This document shows, piece after piece, positions 30,418 to 35,247 of a DNA stretch of 35,247 nt. Source of the DNA: a virus; the IMG/VR virus record IMGVR_UViG_3300042934_000658; one strand, given 5' to 3'. Position 1 is the first letter of the stretch; every line of letters starts with the position of its first letter. Both the position numbers and the translations under genes were made by a program. Under the pieces are notes generated by a model, which made no database searches, had not been told where the DNA came from, and saw only the letters and a list, made by a program, of their open reading frames with translations.

Positions 30418-33400
30418 GTCACCACCCCCGCCCCCCGTAATGCATCTGCAAATTGGCCGCCCAGTACCTGACCCAATCGTCTCGCCTCGTCTTCGTCTTT
30501 CATGATGAAATTCGCACCTGCAAACAGACCTTGCATTACCACTTGAATAACCCCTGTTGGCGCCGCTGCGGCAGCAGACGCTTCCGTGGAGGCAGAACCA
30601 CTACCACTACTTACAGAGGACGACTGAAGACTCGGCATCGCCGCTGCTGCCATGGCTTGCGCCTGCCGCTCAATGCTGGCCATTGTACCCGCCAACCCCT
30701 CGACCAGTCCGGAACCGGCCATTTCACCGATCCAGGCCAGCTCCCGCGACGGCGAATGAATGTCCAGTGCCTTCTGCATGGTTTTGGTGACTGAATTGGC
30801 GATTTCCTTCGCTTTGGCGGATACCGCTCCTTGCATGCTGGTCATACCGTCAATGAGCCCCTGCATGGCCTGCTTGCCAATGGTCGGCAGATCCGCCTTC
30901 ATGGCATTGAATTCCTTATTGGCGCTACCGCGTATGGCCTTGACCTTGGTTTCAAAGTCACCCCGCAGCTTATCCAGCTCTGCGACGGCTTCCGTATGCA
31001 GCAGTGCAATTTGAGTATTTGTATCCTGGCGCAGCCCGGACAGTTCGATAACAGCCGCCGTACGCGCCTCGGAAGACTTCGTTTTCCAGAGCGTTGTATA
31101 CTCGGCAAGCTCCGTGTCGGTCAGCGTATTGAGTGCGGCCAGCTCCGGCGCAGCCTGTGGCCCCATCTCCCGCAGTTGCTGAAGCAATCCCTGGTCAATG
31201 CCCCGGGCAGACAGCAGTTGCAGGTTGGTCGCCCATTTATCCAGGTATTCGACCTGTCCACGTAGATTGTCCAGCAGATCCTTCCCGCTGGTCTCTGAAG
31301 CGATCGTCACCTGATCGAACAGCCCGGCGAAATCATTGATAGACTTAGCCCGCTGCTCTACCGCCGCCGCGTACTCATCGTTCAGGCGTTTTTCCTCTGC
31401 GGCGACGTTCGCATTGATCTCCTTAGTTTTGGCCAAAAACTCCTCGCTGGCTGCGGTCAGCTGATTATAGATTTCCAGCCGGACCTTTCCGGCAGCTTCG
31501 TCCGCCGCCTTCCGCTCGTCCGTGCCTTCCTTGTAACGGGCCTGCACCCGTTCCCAGGCAGCCAGTTCCTCTGTAAGAGAAAGCTGATTCGCCGCTGCCG
31601 ACTTCTCAATCCATTCCTTAGAAGCCTCATAGCTGGCTTTGTCCATCTCCTGCTTCACCCGGTAGACTTCCTTATCCGCCGCGATCCGCTGCACGCTGCC
31701 CGCCTTATACTTCGCCTGCACCTGCTGCCATAGCACCAGCTCCTGGTTAAGCGAAAGTTTTCCGGTAGAGGCCCGGTTTTCAATGAATGCCTTGGACGCG
31801 TCAAACGCCTCTTTCGCCGCCTTGATTTGATCCGCAGCAGCCGTCTTATTCATTTTGCTGATTTCTTCGGTGACTTTCCGGTGCTGGTCTGCGGTCTTCG
31901 CGTATTGCTTGTTGACCGCCTGAAGCGCTGTAATGTACTGAGACGCATCCAATTGTCCGATCTTGTACTTATGCTGCGCTTTGGTGAAGGCCTCCTGGAA
32001 AGCGGTGTTGGTCTTCTGAGCCGTCTTCTTGGCCGCTGCCTCCGCTTCCTTGCTCCCGCTTTCAATACCGACAGCCAAACCCTGAGCAACGTAATACCCG
32101 TATTCCGTGGTCAGCTTGGAAGGCGAGTGAATGCCGAAGAAATTCCGGATGCTCTCTCCGACCTTAGACGCTACATTTTTAGCGGATTCCTCCAGCTCGG
32201 CGGCCTTGCTCGTGATTCCGACCTTCAGACCTTCCATGATGTTCGCGCCGATGTCCTTCAGGTTAATATTTTTAAACCAATCCATCAGTTCGTTCCACTC
32301 AGCCATGACGTCGTCTTTAATCTTTCCGGCTATCTCTTTAATCTTGGTCCAAATAGCGTCCCATATTTTGGCGGCCTCTGCCTTGAATTCATTCCACAGC
32401 TTGGCTGAATCCTGCTTGAATATCGCCCACTTGGACAGGATTTCACCTGTTTCCCAGTCCACTTGATTGACATGCTCTCCAGCCTGCTTCTTCGCCACCT
32501 CAATGACGTTCTCATACATGGAGTTGGCTTCAGACAGCGTCTTGTCATGCTGGCGCTTCGCTTCCGCGATCAGCTTGTCGGCCTGTTCGGCGGAAATGGT
32601 TCCGGCTTCGTCCCGCTGCTGGATAATCGTCTTGATAACCTCGTTGTACTGCTCATCCGCAGCTGCAATGGATTCATCCCGCTGCTTGACGGTGTTCTGT
32701 ACAACCTCCGCTGCCTGCCGGGCTGTCAGATCATTGGCGTTCTGACGCATTCGCTCCAGGATCGCCTTCTGCTCCAGCTCATTCTTGGACATATGCTGAA
32801 TGCCGGTATCCACCATTTGCTGCTGCAGGCGGTTGATCTCTGCCCGCTCCGCATCGGTGATTCCCCGCTTCTCGGATCGGGCCGTCTCCAGGATGGCCGC
32901 AATCTTCCGCTGCCCTTCCTGGATATAGGCTTGCTGAGCCGCCTGGTTCTGCTCCATCCGCTCCAGTGCTGCAACTTCTTCAGCTCCGGTCAGCGCCGAA
33001 GAATTCACGAAGAACTCCGTCATCGTCTGCAACTGCGCCGCATGATCTTCCTTCATGGCGGCGGTCACCTGCTCGCCCATTTGCGAAAAGGTTTCGACAA
33101 TGTCCGCCGCTGTCCTGCCCGTGATTTGCTGCCCGAACCAATGCAATTGATCCAATGCCACCGTTGCTTTGTCATTCAGGTCCATGAATCCGCCGACCGC
33201 CTTCTGCGTGGAGGCAGAAACTTCGGAACCGAACCGCTGGATGGTTGGAATAGAGTCCTGGCTGAAATGTTTATACAGCGCAATCCCTGCCACTGTCAGC
33301 CCCGCTATGGCGGCGACAGTAATTCCTATTGGCCCCGTTGCCACGGCCAGCAGAGCCGCTCCCAGCCCTCCAGCACCGCCCACGGCTACACTGATTGCGC

Positions 33401-34991
33401 CGACGGCGGATACAACCGAGCCGACGGCGTTGACTACGGCTCCAAGTCCGATCAGGACCGGGCCTGCCGCTGCTGCAATTGCACCGAAGGTGATCACCGC
33501 CTTGATGCCGGCCGGCGACATATTCGCTAAGAAGTCTGTGACCTTCTGAACCTGCACCGATATCTTCGGCAGTGCATCTTCCGCGATCTTCACCAGCTCC
33601 TGACCAAGAGGCAGGAGGGAGGTCTGTGCTTCGCGGACCAGGGATGTCCAGCGCGATCCTAAGTTATCAGACAGGGCATCTCCCGCACTGTTCGCCGCTC
33701 CCTCGAAGTCTCCCAGGTCCGTGTTCGCCGTAGCGAAGAAGTCACGGAACGAGGGTCCCAAATCTTCCAGTGGAGATCCCATCAAGGCCAGAGCGACTTG
33801 TGATTGCTTCGCAGGATCCTTGATGGCAGCAATAGACGAAACCACGGCCATAAAGGCACGCTGAGTGGATTCCCCGCCAGCTGCAACATCCTTCTCAATC
33901 TTCTCAAAATCCAGGTTCATTGCCTTCAGCGCATCGCGCGAACTGGCACTGCCATCCCCAACACGCAAGAACGACTCTTTCGCCGCGTCCCCGATTTTAT
34001 CCAGGTTGAAAGCGCCCTTCTCTGCCCCTGAAATCAGTATCGCGGTAAATTCATCGGCACTGTATCCCAGACCCTTGAACTGCGGCGCATATTCGCGCAA
34101 GGTGTCAAGCAGCTCATCACTGAAGTTCCCCCCGCGCTGGAAGCCGACCGTAATCAGATCCATCGCTTCATCGGCATCAATTCCAAACTGCTTCATCAGC
34201 ACGCGGGCAGTCCGGGTGGTCTCGTTGACCTCAGCATCGAAGGCATCCCGGAGAATCAGCGCCTTGGTTGTGATGTCGTTCAGTTCAGAACCGTTGAGCT
34301 CCTGAATATTCTGTTTGGTCGTGATCAGTGCGCCGTTAACATCCTCCAGGTTCTCGCCCCAGTTGTTCGCCCATATCTCCTTGGAACCGGCAGCCATCTT
34401 ATCCGCCTGGGTTTCGGTCACACCCAGAGCAGCCTGGATTTTGTCGGAGGCCGATTCCACATCGATCGCCGCTTTACCTGCCGCAAGACCGATGCCAATG
34501 ATCGGAGCCGTGAGGCCGACCGTAAGGCCTTTGCCCACGCCCTGCATCTTATCCCCGACGCCTTTGATCTTCTCGCCGACTTCCTGCAGCGCCCGGCCGT
34601 TGACCTTCCACTTATTTGTCTGGTCCTCAATCTGGTCATTGGTGGACTCTAAGTCCGTCCGCATCCGGCCCAGTGCGGCCCGGGCATTGTTCAGTTGGAT
34701 CTGCAGCCGCTGGGTTGCCGCGGCATCTTCGCCGTTGGCCGCCGCTGACTGCGCATGAGCCTGGGTCAGCGCATCGATGCGCTGCTCCTGGATTCTGATC
34801 TGGTCCGCCAGGGATGAGGATCTGAGGCGCAGTTGCTCGGTGGAATCCCCCAGCCCGCCGGCTTCTGCCGATGCTGCGCGTAGCGCACTTTGCGCCAGCT
34901 GCATTTGCCGGTTTAAATTCTGCATCCCCGCTTTAAACGTGGTATCCTCCATCCCAATCCGGACGACTAAATCCCCTACATTCTCGGCCAC
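30414..34991 (-). CDS. Tape measure protein (1525 aa, GTG start)
   Basis: The call rests on size, long coiled coils, a central hydrophobic Gly/Ala-rich TM block and its position after the G/GT chaperone. Confidence 0.95.
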   Translation of the reverse strand: MAENVGDLVVRIGMEDTTFKAGMQNLNRQMQLAQSALRAASAEAGGLGDSTEQLRLRSSSLADQIRIQEQRIDALTQAHAQSAAANGEDAAATQRLQIQLNNARAALGRMRTDLESTNDQIEDQTNKWKVNGRALQEVGEKIKGVGDKMQGVGKGLTVGLTAPIIGIGLAAGKAAIDVESASDKIQAALGVTETQADKMAAGSKEIWANNWGENLEDVNGALITTKQNIQELNGSELNDITTKALILRDAFDAEVNETTRTARVLMKQFGIDADEAMDLITVGFQRGGNFSDELLDTLREYAPQFKGLGYSADEFTAILISGAEKGAFNLDKIGDAAKESFLRVGDGSASSRDALKAMNLDFEKIEKDVAAGGESTQRAFMAVVSSIAAIKDPAKQSQVALALMGSPLEDLGPSFRDFFATANTDLGDFEGAANSAGDALSDNLGSRWTSLVREAQTSLLPLGQELVKIAEDALPKISVQVQKVTDFLANMSPAGIKAVITFGAIAAAAGPVLIGLGAVVNAVGSVVSAVGAISVAVGGAGGLGAALLAVATGPIGITVAAIAGLTVAGIALYKHFSQDSIPTIQRFGSEVSASTQKAVGGFMDLNDKATVALDQLHWFGQQITGRTAADIVETFSQMGEQVTAAMKEDHAAQLQTMTEFFVNSSALTGAEEVAALERMEQNQAAQQAYIQEGQRKIAAILETARSEKRGITDAERAEINRLQQQMVDTGIQHMSKNELEQKAILERMRQNANDLTARQAAEVVQNTVKQRDESIAAADEQYNEVIKTIIQQRDEAGTISAEQADKLIAEAKRQHDKTLSEANSMYENVIEVAKKQAGEHVNQVDWETGEILSKWAIFKQDSAKLWNEFKAEAAKIWDAIWTKIKEIAGKIKDDVMAEWNELMDWFKNINLKDIGANIMEGLKVGITSKAAELEESAKNVASKVGESIRNFFGIHSPSKLTTEYGYYVAQGLAVGIESGSKEAEAAAKKTAQKTNTAFQEAFTKAQHKYKIGQLDASQYITALQAVNKQYAKTADQHRKVTEEISKMNKTAAADQIKAAKEAFDASKAFIENRASTGKLSLNQELVLWQQVQAKYKAGSVQRIAADKEVYRVKQEMDKASYEASKEWIEKSAAANQLSLTEELAAWERVQARYKEGTDERKAADEAAGKVRLEIYNQLTAASEEFLAKTKEINANVAAEEKRLNDEYAAAVEQRAKSINDFAGLFDQVTIASETSGKDLLDNLRGQVEYLDKWATNLQLLSARGIDQGLLQQLREMGPQAAPELAALNTLTDTELAEYTTLWKTKSSEARTAAVIELSGLRQDTNTQIALLHTEAVAELDKLRGDFETKVKAIRGSANKEFNAMKADLPTIGKQAMQGLIDGMTSMQGAVSAKAKEIANSVTKTMQKALDIHSPSRELAWIGEMAGSGLVEGLAGTMASIERQAQAMAAAAMPSLQSSSVSSGSGSASTEASAAAAAPTGVIQVVMQGLFAGANFIMKDEDEARRLGQVLGGQFADALRGAGVVT

Positions 34992-35002
34992 TCCCTCACC
35001 CC

Positions 35003-35191
35003 CTATAAGACTTGATCAATGTATCCTGTCGGCACATGTGCAGATGAACTGATCCGGCGCTTCATGAGCCGGAAATAGAGTCCGATGTCCATCTCATCAA
35101 TTTGGCTGAGCGTCATGCCTTCTTGCATCCGCGACAGGTAAAACCGTTCGATAAATTCCAGAGGGTCTAAGCCCTCACTCTGACGTTTGGG
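35003..35191 (-). CDS. -1 frame extension (gpT-like part) of the tail assembly chaperone GT fusion
   Basis: My translation from the slippery site reads KRQSEGLDPLEFIERFYLSRMQEGMTLSQIDEMDIGLYFRLMKRRISSSAHVPTGYIDQVL, then TAG at 35003..35005. That stop lies 11 nt before the tape measure start. Confidence 0.6.
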   Translation of the reverse strand, partial: PKRQSEGLDPLEFIERFYLSRMQEGMTLSQIDEMDIGLYFRLMKRRISSSAHVPTGYIDQVL

Positions 35192-35247
35192 TCCGGCTCC
35201 GCTCCGGCATCTTCATTCAATTTCCCGAACACACGCTTCTGAAGTTC
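35121..35247. repeat. Terminal direct repeat copy 2 (identical to 1..127)
   Basis: See copy 1. Confidence 0.9.

Noticed and set aside
32463-33530. A 355-aa plus-strand ORF, with several others, inside the tape measure gene
   Set aside because: It is antisense to the 1525-aa tape measure. It is Leu/Arg-rich, as expected from the complement of a Glu/Ala/Lys-rich coiled-coil gene.

Overview
The window is a complete temperate siphovirus-like phage genome. Bases 1-127 are identical to 35121-35247, so the unique replicon is 35,120 bp and circularly closed, most likely by an assembler overlap. The host is probably a Firmicute, perhaps Bacillales or Paenibacillus-like; this is an inference from RBS style, a tRNA-Gly(UCC) attachment core and stalk-domain and agr-type genes. 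Almost everything is transcribed on the minus strand. The order is: early/lytic switch (about 18.8 kb), replication and accessory early genes (17.8-9.4 kb), late activator, HNH/terS/terL/portal/protease/capsid, head-tail joining, major tail and G/GT chaperone. The late genes then wrap through the artificial junction into tape measure, Dit, beta-helix tailspike, Tal, holin and endolysin (24.1 kb). The plus strand carries the lysogeny module: a CI-like repressor, a free-standing arm-binding-domain paralog and a tyrosine integrase, followed by attP (the 3' half of tRNA-Gly). The most interesting part is a visibly AT-rich accessory island between the lysis cassette and attP (about 21.0-24.0 kb). 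It holds an agr-like peptide-signalling operon: a polytopic membrane protein, AgrB, a cysteine-less AgrD-like propeptide and a LytTR-only regulator. I see no histidine kinase and no receiver domain. The operon is flanked by a divergent RHH gene with paired palindromic operators and by a divergent pair of XRE genes. Other notable items: a perfect 27-bp inverted repeat bracketing an oppositely oriented HTH gene; a 17-mer hairpin element present in several copies; a late promoter with a terminator in its leader; helically phased GGAYRTCC motifs plus a hexamer array (candidate ori); and four phased GGACACCA arm-type sites around attP. All protein family calls come from reading the supplied translations and remembered family signatures. 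No HMM or BLAST search was run.
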